Below the pieces are notes generated by a model. The model saw only the letters and a list, made by a program, of their open reading frames with translations. It was not told the DNA's origin and did not search any database. Shown in pieces: positions 9,930-18,165 of a stretch of 34,652 bases of DNA. The DNA is taken from the NCBI GenBank assembly GCA_964606115.1, contig CAZSFH010000003.1, positions 1 to 34,652 of the forward strand. The letters run 5' to 3'. A program made the position numbers and the translations under genes. Source of the DNA: an uncultured Planctomycetia bacterium. GTDB taxonomy: Bacteria > Planctomycetota > MHYJ01 > CAYXQY01. Within the stretch, counting starts at the first letter, position 1, and each line of letters opens with the position of its first letter.

Positions 9930-12035
9930 TTATTCCTCTTCGTTTCGGGAAAAGATACTGGACACGAATGAAAGGACGTCACTTGCGCAGACCTCACAGT
10001 ATCCATAGGAATTGATCAAACGGCTTTTGACAATGTCGATTTTCTCCTGGGTTTCTTTGTCGACCACGTTCGTCACCAGGCGGCTCAGGTTAATACTGTC
10101 CTTCTGATCCTCGAACAGCTTCAGCTCGAGCGCCTTTTGAAGCCGTTCATTACTCCGGTAGTCGAACTCTTTTCCTTCAACCGCCTTGGCGCCGATATAG
10201 TTCATGATTTCCCGGCGAAAGTCCTCTTTCCGACTCTCGGGGATATCGACTTTCTCTTCGATGCTGCGCATCATGCGTTCGTCCGGCTCTTCTTCCTCAC
10301 CGGTATACCGATTCTTTACCTTTTCATCACGGGTGTACGCTTTGACGTTGTCGATGTATTTTCCAAACAGTCGATTCACCGCTTCCTCGTCCGCGGTAAT
10401 TGCCCGCTGGACCTCATTCTTCACAATATCTTCGTACTCGTCTTTGACGACTGCCAACAGCTCACGGTATCGTTCCTTTTCGTCCTCGGACGTTATTAAC
10501 GCGTGCTGTTCAAGACCGTCGTCCAGTTCGTTCATGACCTTGAACGGATTCACACACCCTTCCTCACCGGCCTTCACAAGAGCGTTGGAAATGCGATCCT
10601 GGATGTATCGCGGGGAAATACCCTCCATTCCTTCGTGATCAGCCGCCTCGCGCAGCTCCTTCACGCTGTCTCCGGTAAACCCGGGAACGGATTTTCCATT
10701 GTATAGCTTAAGTTTCTGCATCAAGGTCAGATTGGCGTTTTTTGGCTCCTCGAGACGGGACAAAACCGCCCACATGCTACAAACTTCAATGGTGTGGGGG
10801 GCAATGTGTTTGTCCTTAATTCTGCTGTTATTATAATCCCGCTTGTAAATTTGAATCTCATCGTCCAGTTTCAGGTTGTACGGAATATCGATCTTAACGG
10901 TTCGATCCCGGAAGGCTTCCATCAACTCATTGTTCTGAAGCCGTCGGTACTCCGGTTCATTGGTATGACCGATAATCACCTCGTCGATGTGAGTCTGGGG
11001 GAACTTTTTGGGTTTGATGCTGTGTTCCTGGGTCGCCCCCAGCAGGTCGTACAAAAACGCAACATCCAGTTTCAACACCTCAATGAACTCGATCAGACCA
11101 CGGTTAGCCACATTCAATTCCCCGTCAAAGTTGAAGGCGCGTGGATCGGTGTCCGAGCCATACTTTGCAATTTTCCGAAAATTGATGTCCCCGGTTAGTT
11201 CCGTGGAATCCTGGTTCTTCTCGTCCTTGGGCTGAAACGTCGCAATGCCTTTCCGATCCTGTTCACTGACGAGGAACCGCTGTACTTTGATCTGATCGAC
11301 AACCTTGTTCCAGTTCCCATCATGTTCTTCCATCGCCTGATTGTAATAGAACCGACATTCCGGACAGGGCTCCCCCTCGACATTCAGATCGTAACTGCGT
11401 TCGTGACGCTGATTTAACTCGTCCAGTATCTCATCACGAACGCCTTCCGGAACCAGTTTCAGCGGTTCTTCATGCATGGGACAGGTTTTCCAGCCCGAAG
11501 GCTCGTCATCGGTCTTCCAGGCGTAGGTAAAGAGAGCCCCATCTTCCGTGCGGGAATATTTTTCCAGGCCGCGCTTCAGCAGTGTGAGAATGGTGGATTT
11601 CGCACTTCCAACCGGTCCATGCAGCAACAGTAGACGTCGCTCGGTACCGTATTCATGGGCTCCGGCCTTCAGGGCATTCACGAAATGCATGAGGCTTTGC
11701 TCAAGGCCATACACGGCATTTTTACCGTCGTGGATCGGGTCGGAAAAGAATGGATAGCGCACAATATTTTCCCCTTCCCGTTCAACTTCCTCGACGCCAT
11801 AGGAAAGAATCATATCGTAGAGCCGCTGAAAGGCCGAACGAGCGGTAAGGGGATTTTCTTCCAGGAGACCAAGGTAATCATCAAAGGACCCTTCCCAGTG
11901 AAGTTTCTTGAAAACGGACGGATCTACGGCTTCGTCGATAATTTCATCGACGCGATCTTTCAGATTCCCGTTCGATGCTGGTTCGACCTCTTCTTCGGCC
12001 TCCTCCTGTGTCTCGGTTTCAGTGTTATTATCCAT
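9930..12035 (-). CDS. prkA: PrkA/YeaG family serine protein kinase
   Basis: It has the P-loop [14 protein letters not shown] and the PrkA AAA and C-terminal blocks ([34 protein letters not shown]). At 701 aa it is the typical size. Confidence 0.95.
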   Translation of the reverse strand: MDNNTETETQEEAEEEVEPASNGNLKDRVDEIIDEAVDPSVFKKLHWEGSFDDYLGLLEENPLTARSAFQRLYDMILSYGVEEVEREGENIVRYPFFSDPIHDGKNAVYGLEQSLMHFVNALKAGAHEYGTERRLLLLHGPVGSAKSTILTLLKRGLEKYSRTEDGALFTYAWKTDDEPSGWKTCPMHEEPLKLVPEGVRDEILDELNQRHERSYDLNVEGEPCPECRFYYNQAMEEHDGNWNKVVDQIKVQRFLVSEQDRKGIATFQPKDEKNQDSTELTGDINFRKIAKYGSDTDPRAFNFDGELNVANRGLIEFIEVLKLDVAFLYDLLGATQEHSIKPKKFPQTHIDEVIIGHTNEPEYRRLQNNELMEAFRDRTVKIDIPYNLKLDDEIQIYKRDYNNSRIKDKHIAPHTIEVCSMWAVLSRLEEPKNANLTLMQKLKLYNGKSVPGFTGDSVKELREAADHEGMEGISPRYIQDRISNALVKAGEEGCVNPFKVMNELDDGLEQHALITSEDEKERYRELLAVVKDEYEDIVKNEVQRAITADEEAVNRLFGKYIDNVKAYTRDEKVKNRYTGEEEEPDERMMRSIEEKVDIPESRKEDFRREIMNYIGAKAVEGKEFDYRSNERLQKALELKLFEDQKDSINLSRLVTNVVDKETQEKIDIVKSRLINSYGYCEVCASDVLSFVSSIFSRNEEE

Positions 12036-12177
12036 ATCGGATCTTTTTTCTTCGGGTAATCGGGGTGAAAGCGGAATTGAAACGAGGTCTGATCGAACCG
12101 GCGGCGGGCCCTCTTTTTTGATTTCCTCCGGGAATAAGATCCAATCTTTAACTGATCAGTGTCCTTCTGACTGTTAC

Positions 12178-12206
12178 ATTATACCGTATCAGATGGACTC
12201 TGTCCA
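12178..12206 (-). promoter_or_regulatory. putative sigma70-type promoter of the prkA operon (TGGACA-17 nt-TATAAT)
   Basis: The minus strand reads agtcTGGACAgagtccatctgatacggTATAATgtaacag. The -10 is at 12178-12183 and the -35 at 12201-12206, about 140 nt upstream of the prkA ATG. Confidence 0.4.
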
Positions 12207-12267
12207 GACTTCAGTCGGTATCAGATGCTCCCTTCGAAGGATCGATGCTCCTTCGAACGGAAATTCA

Positions 12268-12927
12268 TCAGGTATCCTGATTCTGAAACAGGGGACCTCC
12301 TTCACTTTCCAGGATGTTCTGGAAGGTGGACCACCGGGTGCGAATGTGTTTTCGAACGGGGTCGTCCGGCGACAGGTGACCCCGAAGAAAGTCCCGGGTT
12401 TCGGGGTCGGAGGGATATCCGCTTCCCAGGGAACCGTACTTTTCGCGAAGTTCCCGAACAGCTCGATCTCGCTCGGTTTTCGCGAGAACGGACGCGGCTG
12501 AAACAAGCGGATATCGGTCATCCGCTCCGGGTTCTCCAGTCATCGAGGGGGTTCTGGAGACGTTTAAATTTCGCTTGACCGAATTGATAAATCCAGGGAG
12601 GGAGGATGGATGTCCCGGAGCGTCGAACAAAACCCGATCCGGCTCGGCACGTTCGATTAATTCAATCATACCCGTCCGGGTGAGTTCGGTGAGAGACGTT
12701 GAGTTGATTCGACGGGCGCTGAAGGAAATGGTCATCAGGTCTAGATCCCTGTCCTCCATCCAGCTTCGTTTCTCCTCTCGGGAAGACGGAGACATTTTTT
12801 TCGAGTCAACGAACCCGCTTCGATCCAGTTCTTCCTGCTGTCCCTCGGTACACTGAACTCCGGCGAGAATCATGGGACCGATAACCGGACCACGACCCGC
12901 TTCGTCGACGCCGAGAAGGGTGGTCAT
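12268..12927 (-). CDS. rnhB: ribonuclease HII
   Basis: The motifs are LLGVDEAGRGPVIGPMILAGV, DSKKMS and SAASVLAKTERD. The internal ATG at 12927 gives a canonical N-terminus and avoids overlap with the upstream gene; the track start is 13062. Confidence 0.9.
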   Translation of the reverse strand: MTTLLGVDEAGRGPVIGPMILAGVQCTEGQQEELDRSGFVDSKKMSPSSREEKRSWMEDRDLDLMTISFSARRINSTSLTELTRTGMIELIERAEPDRVLFDAPGHPSSLPGFINSVKRNLNVSRTPSMTGEPGADDRYPLVSAASVLAKTERDRAVRELREKYGSLGSGYPSDPETRDFLRGHLSPDDPVRKHIRTRWSTFQNILESEGGPLFQNQDT

Positions 12928-12934
12928 CTCCGGT

Positions 12935-13666
12935 TCAGACAAACCGCATACCGGTGTCCAGGGAGAGTGTTTTTCCCGAAACTTTATTACTGCGTCTCGC
13001 CAGATACAACACGGCTTCAGCCACATCCTCCGGGCGCAGAGGTCGTTTGTAGGGATCCTCAAGGTGCTGACGGGTCCGGACTTTCGTCTCGCCCGCCCGT
13101 TTCGACACCGATCCCGGCTGAACCGCGTTGACGGTAATCTCCGGAAACAGTTCCTGTGCGCTGGTTTCCACCAGTCGCTTGAGAGCGTCGTTCGTCACGG
13201 CCGGCAGCAGGTCGTGGTTTTCCCGGACATTCGAACCCCCTCCCGGCAAAATGACGATAATTTGCCGGTTCCGGTCGCCTTTCATATGGGGAACAAGCTC
13301 CTGAATCGCAAAAAACGGTCCGAGAACGTTTCGGTCAAGTACGGTGTCCCAGTCGCCGGAGTTTACCTCCGAAATAGGTTTTTCAACAGCGCTGTTCCCA
13401 TGGATGACGAGGAGCTCCACGGTCCCGTACTCGGCCGCAATATCACTCACGCCACTTATTAACGAACGGCGATCGTCGAGGGTCATCTCGGTATGATAAA
13501 TCTGCTCTTCAACTTCCGGGTCTTCCCGGCTTTTCAGGTCTTTCACCTGATCCTGATCAAAGCCGCAGAGACACTTATACTCGCTTCGAACCAGCAGGCG
13601 AGTTACCGCAGCGGCGATCCCTTTCGTGGAATCGGATTCGAGAACAACAGCCGTTTGTTTGGGCAT
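12935..13666 (-). CDS. SDR-fold protein with degenerate cofactor and catalytic motifs
   Basis: SDR-like blocks are present: LLVIHGNSAV (in place of NNAG), DRNVLGPFFAIQELVPHM and ITVNAVQPG. However, the Gly-rich motif reads LESDSTKGIA, and there is no Tyr between GGGS and VNAVQPG. Confidence 0.7.
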   Translation of the reverse strand: MPKQTAVVLESDSTKGIAAAVTRLLVRSEYKCLCGFDQDQVKDLKSREDPEVEEQIYHTEMTLDDRRSLISGVSDIAAEYGTVELLVIHGNSAVEKPISEVNSGDWDTVLDRNVLGPFFAIQELVPHMKGDRNRQIIVILPGGGSNVRENHDLLPAVTNDALKRLVETSAQELFPEITVNAVQPGSVSKRAGETKVRTRQHLEDPYKRPLRPEDVAEAVLYLARRSNKVSGKTLSLDTGMRFV

Positions 13667-13700
13667 TTTAATCCACAGAAGATTTTCTAAAAGAACGGAG

Positions 13701-13725
13701 AACGAAGCCCTCTAACCCCTTCGCT
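13701..13725 (-). terminator. weak hairpin plus T-rich tail downstream of the cupin gene
   Basis: The minus strand reads AGCGAAGgggttagagggCTTCGTT followed by ctccgttctttt. The stem is 7 bp including one G-U pair. Confidence 0.3.
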
Positions 13726-13739
13726 CCGGGGACGGAGTA

Positions 13740-14204
13740 TTACGTGCTGGAACCGTTTCCTTCCGATTCCCTGTCCCGGTCTTCATCCGGCTGTGCTTCC
13801 GGATCTGCTTCGGCCGGAAGAATGACCAGAATCTCCAGGTCCGCGTCGGAGTTGTTCCGAATTTGATATTCTTCTTCTTCCCGCACCAGCACCACATCCC
13901 CCTCTTTCAACTCACGGGTGCTGGAGGTATGAATGAGTTCTCCGTCTCCTTTTCGAATAAACATCTGGTGAGAATGATTGTACTGGCGGGTCGGGGAGCT
14001 ACCGCCGGGCTCAATCCGCAATAAGTTCATGTGATAATCTCCGGCTCCATCATCTTCGCTGATCAACGGTCGGATGTAGGCTCCCTTTGCATCCCCTTCC
14101 TGTATCCGATACGGCACGACATCTTTGTAACTCTTAACTAACATGCGCTCTCCTCGAATTCGACGGATGTTATTCTGGGTCCGTTCAAAGAAGTAAAGCA
14201 CCAT
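13740..14204 (-). CDS. cupin domain protein
   Basis: The sequence MNLLRIEPGGSSPTRQYNHSHQMFIRKGDGEL...LKEGDVVLVREEEEYQIRN matches the two-motif cupin pattern. An alternative start at 14144 (MLVKSY) is preceded by GAGGAG. Confidence 0.8.
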   Translation of the reverse strand: MVLYFFERTQNNIRRIRGERMLVKSYKDVVPYRIQEGDAKGAYIRPLISEDDGAGDYHMNLLRIEPGGSSPTRQYNHSHQMFIRKGDGELIHTSSTRELKEGDVVLVREEEEYQIRNNSDADLEILVILPAEADPEAQPDEDRDRESEGNGSST

Positions 14205-14340
14205 TCGATTCCATTTGTGATCCGGAGAGTCGGAAAATAAGGTTAAGCGTAAGCCGGACGACTGGAGATCGATTGGACAAAGTTGGTCATATTCGACATT
14301 GTCAATGCAAGATATCCACCCTCATTTTTCAAGGTGCGTT

Positions 14341-14370
14341 ATCATACCGTATATCACGGATCAGGGTCAA
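14341..14370 (-). promoter_or_regulatory. putative sigma70-type promoter for the cupin gene (TTGACC-18 nt-TATGAT)
   Basis: The minus strand reads cacTTGACCctgatccgtgatatacggTATGATaacg. The -35 overlaps the stop codon of the HD-GYP gene. Confidence 0.35.
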
Positions 14371-15563
14371 GTGTTTTCCCCCTGATTCTCAGTTGAATCA
14401 GTGTTCGCTTCCCTGATGTCAAGAAGATCGTCGAGACAGTCCATGAACACGTCCACCAATGCCGGATCAAAGTGAGCTCCCCTTTCCTCACGGATAATCT
14501 CCAAGGATTGGTCCACCGGAAAAGCCTCTTTGTAGGGACGGGCGGACGTCAGTGCATCAAACACGTCGGCGATCGCGACGACCCGTCCCTCGATTGGAAT
14601 GTTATCTCCTTCCAGCCCCCTTGGATATCCGGTACCATTCCATTTCTCATGATGGGTGAGTGCAATCCGAGCGGACAGTTGCATTACCTCGTGCTCCGAG
14701 CCACTCAGGATTCGGTATCCGATACGAGTATGTTTTTTGATCTCATCGTACTCCTCTTCAGAAAGTGAATCTGGCTTAAGCAGAATACGATCCGGCACCC
14801 CGATCTTCCCGACATCGTGCATGGAACTCGCATAAAGCATCTGTTCGGCTCGATCCTCCTCCCAGTCCATTTCTTCGGTGAGACGCTTCGAATAAAGACT
14901 CATCCGATGGATATGTTCCGCCGTATCGGGATCCTTGTATTCGGCAGCAATGGACAGGCGCTGGATCGACTCAAGGTAGGCGTCCTTGATCTCTTTATTT
15001 AACTGGGCGTTTCGAATCGCCACCCCGGCCTGAGAGGCAAGAGATTGGAGAAGCTGAATTTTTTCGTCCGAGAATCGACTGACGTTTCCTTGCGGATCAC
15101 GTGCGTTCACCAGCAGGAGAACACCCAGGATGTTGCCGTCCTGAACGTCCAGCGGGATACCGAGAAGTGACCGGGTCCGGTACCCATGCTTTTCGTCAAA
15201 TGTAGGATCAAAGGAATATGGAGCGTCCTCCGGAAGGTTATAGGCATCCGGAATTTCCACAATTTCACCGGTCACCGCAACGTAACCTGAAATACTATCG
15301 GTATTGAGGGGAAGCTGATTGTTCTCATTATGTCTTGCGGAAGGGGCCCTGAGATCTTCGTCCAGCTGATCGTTCTGTATCACGGAAAAGCGCAGATGAT
15401 CATCCTCAACAATGTACAAACTTCCGCCTTCCGCGAAAGTTATATTCATGGACTCTCGAACAATCCGATCAAGCAGTTTATTAAGTTTTCGTTCCGAGGA
15501 AAGGGCAATGCCGATCTGATTGAGCGTTTCCAGTAGATCACTTTGTTCCGCGTCATCGATCAT
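14367..15563 (-). CDS. GAF domain-containing HD-GYP phosphodiesterase
   Basis: The N-terminal part is GAF-like (LNQIGIALSSERKLNKLLDRIV...GGSLYIV). The C-terminal part carries HD-GYP signatures: HIHRMS, MHDVGKIGVPD, HHEKWNGTGYPRGL and IADVFDALTSARPYK. Confidence 0.92.
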   Translation of the reverse strand: MIDDAEQSDLLETLNQIGIALSSERKLNKLLDRIVRESMNITFAEGGSLYIVEDDHLRFSVIQNDQLDEDLRAPSARHNENNQLPLNTDSISGYVAVTGEIVEIPDAYNLPEDAPYSFDPTFDEKHGYRTRSLLGIPLDVQDGNILGVLLLVNARDPQGNVSRFSDEKIQLLQSLASQAGVAIRNAQLNKEIKDAYLESIQRLSIAAEYKDPDTAEHIHRMSLYSKRLTEEMDWEEDRAEQMLYASSMHDVGKIGVPDRILLKPDSLSEEEYDEIKKHTRIGYRILSGSEHEVMQLSARIALTHHEKWNGTGYPRGLEGDNIPIEGRVVAIADVFDALTSARPYKEAFPVDQSLEIIREERGAHFDPALVDVFMDCLDDLLDIREANTDSTENQGENT

Positions 15564-16552
15564 GGCCCTTCGTCTCCAGTCTGCTCGTGATGGAGCTCAA
15601 CAAGCCGGTATTGCTTGGCTTGTTTGTACTCCGGGGGACCCTCCGACCCGCATTCGCTCTGGAGCGCCCGGACCGGATCCCCCTGTTCAACCACTCCCCG
15701 GTACACCCCGGAGCGGTTGGCTCCTCGATAAGAAATGGCAACACGCCACGATGAATCCCCTTCCTGCTGGACATCACAGGTCTTTGGAATCTCGATCCAG
15801 GACCATCCCTCCCGTTCGAAGGCTGTTTTCTCGACGAGCTGAGCGACCGAGGACATTGCCGCCCAACCCCGGTACTGCGCGGAAATTTCCTCGAACGTAC
15901 CGTTGCGGTGAATAAAATTTTCAAGAGTTCCCAGCTCCATCCGCCCCCAGTATCGACCGTCCGGCAGGTCGATCAGGTTCGGGCAGTATCGATGCCCCCC
16001 CACGTGACTCACCTGCCAGACGCGTCGATCCTCATTGGCGTAGTGCGTTCGAAGTGCATGATAAATTGATGATCCGAAATGTCCACAGCAAGGATCCCGT
16101 TCTGTGTGCGTACAGACAAATATCTCCCGTCCGGGCATACCGTTCTCGCAAAGGTGATCAAGATCTGATCGATCAGAGGGCGAAGTCAACAGCACACGGG
16201 CAGCCGTTATTAGCTCCTCCTCCGGGACGAAGTACGACGTTCCTTCGTACCTGGAAAATGGACCGTCCGGGCGGCGGTAATGCATCATGCGCACCATATC
16301 ATCCCGGGAATATTCCGAATCCGGCGCCACGAGCAGAAATTTGCCAGAAAACGTTTCTTTCCTCAGCCCTTCCTGGTACGCCTCAAACAATGCTTCAGGG
16401 AAATGATCGGTTTGCAAAGCACTGGACGCCCAGGGTTTTTCCAGCTCTAGAAACAAAAACTGCGGGACATCGCGAGCGGTGCCGATCAACTGATCGTCTT
16501 CTTCCCGGGAGACCAGTGAGCACATCAGCGGGCGCGACGGTTGGTCATCCAT
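15560..16552 (-). CDS. sucrase/ferredoxin-like (thioredoxin-like [2Fe-2S], Apd1/Aim32-type) protein
   Basis: It has IFVCTHTERDPCCGHFG (C-x8-C) and VSHVGGHRYCPN (H-x-G-G-H). Its stop overlaps the HD-GYP start in an ATGA at 15560-15563. Confidence 0.75.
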   Translation of the reverse strand: MDDQPSRPLMCSLVSREEDDQLIGTARDVPQFLFLELEKPWASSALQTDHFPEALFEAYQEGLRKETFSGKFLLVAPDSEYSRDDMVRMMHYRRPDGPFSRYEGTSYFVPEEELITAARVLLTSPSDRSDLDHLCENGMPGREIFVCTHTERDPCCGHFGSSIYHALRTHYANEDRRVWQVSHVGGHRYCPNLIDLPDGRYWGRMELGTLENFIHRNGTFEEISAQYRGWAAMSSVAQLVEKTAFEREGWSWIEIPKTCDVQQEGDSSWRVAISYRGANRSGVYRGVVEQGDPVRALQSECGSEGPPEYKQAKQYRLVELHHEQTGDEGP

Positions 16553-16562
16553 ATTCAGTCTC

Positions 16563-17237
16563 CTAGAAGGTCATATGAACAAATTCATCCCACCGGAGGA
16601 GATCACTCGTATCCCCCTGACGGATATACTGATAATCACTGCTTGCATGGGGTATCCCAAGTGCTTCCCGAAACATCGTAAATTCATTGGTCACCCGCTC
16701 CTGTCGTCGCTCGTCTGATTCATCCCCCTCTGTCATTCCTTCTTCTCGTGCCAGCTGAAGGAGATTGACAAGATCGTTAAATTCGTTCGGCTCTTCAAGC
16801 AGTTCCCGGAAGGTCTCTGGGTTCCCTGTCAGCTCTTGCTGATCATGTTCCTCAACGGTCCCGTCGTAGTAGGAAAGATCATTGACGAAACGATCCTTCT
16901 TTCGGCCCGCGTGAAAAATATCATAACCCCACGCACGATGGGGATCCGTCCAGAGTAACACAATCCAGGATTCCGTCGCGGCGGAGAGATCTTCCGCCAT
17001 CTCATCCGCCTCGGTAAATCGTTCGATGAAAATGCTCACCCAGCCATTTATCGAAGGAGAGAGGAAAAGCCTGGATTGATCCGGGGAGGCATGTGTTGAT
17101 TTCTGAGCGCTACGGAGGGAAACCACATTGACGTCTTCCTCAATAGATTCCGGCTCTCCCGCCATTGTCACAAGATTTTTCATCAGTTCCTCGCGGGAGG
17201 AACTCCGGGCATGAAGACCGGCATAGAAACGGGACAT
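16563..17237 (-). CDS. hypothetical acidic protein (224 aa)
   Basis: I recognise no motif. The first ATG is at 17237; the track start at 17249 is a TTG. The gene ends 10 nt before the next gene on the same strand. Confidence 0.6.
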   Translation of the reverse strand: MSRFYAGLHARSSSREELMKNLVTMAGEPESIEEDVNVVSLRSAQKSTHASPDQSRLFLSPSINGWVSIFIERFTEADEMAEDLSAATESWIVLLWTDPHRAWGYDIFHAGRKKDRFVNDLSYYDGTVEEHDQQELTGNPETFRELLEEPNEFNDLVNLLQLAREEGMTEGDESDERRQERVTNEFTMFREALGIPHASSDYQYIRQGDTSDLLRWDEFVHMTF

Positions 17238-17351
17238 GATCCGTTTCAAACAACAAAGTAGATGTGATTAATCAACCCCTTGCCGTGTTCGTTATCGACC
17301 GAACTAGGGTCATGGTCTCCGGAAAATCGGATCCGTTAAATCAAACCCCCC

Positions 17352-17864
17352 TCATTCTTCATCACTATCCGCCGCGCCGAGTTCATCTTCCAGCTGCTGA
17401 TCAAGCACATATATGTAACGATCATCGTCGTCCATGCGACGGAGCGGGATCAACACTTCCTCGATATGATTTTCTTCTTCCACCTGTTCATCGTGAAACC
17501 ACTGGAGCAGAGATTGCGCCGCGTTATCGTTGTGTTCGTCGGCAATCTCCTGCAGGTCGTGAAACGAAGCGGTGTTGTTCTCTTCAGCTTCAAGAGCGGT
17601 TTCGAAGACTTCCTCGACGGATTCATATCTGTTTTGAGGTCGATCCACGGCGGGAATTTCGATCTCTTTCCCAACTTCGTCGAGAAATTTGTAAATGCGC
17701 ATCGCATGTTCACGTTCTTCTTCGGATTGCTCTTCAACAAACTGAGCAAACCCGTTCCAGTTTTCAGCTCGAAGATAGGCCCCCATTCCAAGGTACATTG
17801 CGGAAGCCTCGAGTTCGGTCTTCAGCTGATCGTTCAGCGCTTCTGCGAGTTCGTCACTAATCAT
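17352..17864 (-). CDS. ferritin (non-heme, Ftn-type)
   Basis: The sequence LNDQLKTELEASAMYLGMGAY...FVEEQSEEEREHAMRIYKFLDE...ALEAEENNTASFHDL carries the ferroxidase-centre Glu/His pattern. Confidence 0.9.
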   Translation of the reverse strand: MISDELAEALNDQLKTELEASAMYLGMGAYLRAENWNGFAQFVEEQSEEEREHAMRIYKFLDEVGKEIEIPAVDRPQNRYESVEEVFETALEAEENNTASFHDLQEIADEHNDNAAQSLLQWFHDEQVEEENHIEEVLIPLRRMDDDDRYIYVLDQQLEDELGAADSDEE

Positions 17865-18165
17865 AATGAGTATAGCAAAAGGAATAAGTTAAAACGATTT
17901 CCAGAAAACAAGGAAAACGGTTAACAAGGAGGAGCATGAGTATACCGGATCCAGGATGCCTCAAGAACTCATCCTGCACGTTTTAAAAAAAGGTTTATCT
18001 GGTGATCCGGTCCATTACTATAACTTTGAATGGGCCTGTAATCAAGCCTTCAACGGCAGAGAACAAGCCCTCAAAAGAGGACTCATCACCCCGTTCTCCA
18101 TCATCAACAGCTGTTTCTTGGAAAGATCATGTAGACGCCTTCTGTCAGCGTCCTTTGGATTCACC

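Noticed and set aside
12221-12262. The tandem CCTTCGAAGG / CCTTCGAACGG palindromic repeats just downstream of rnhB as a terminator or operator.
   Set aside because: The palindromes are short (10 nt), no U-run follows on the rnhB strand, and there is no second copy elsewhere in the window. This may be chance.
17855-17880. An AT-rich ACTAATCATAATGAGTATAG sequence over the ferritin start codon as a Fur box.
   Set aside because: It resembles the 19-bp Fur consensus only loosely and overlaps the start codon. I cannot support it without a position-weight-matrix scan.
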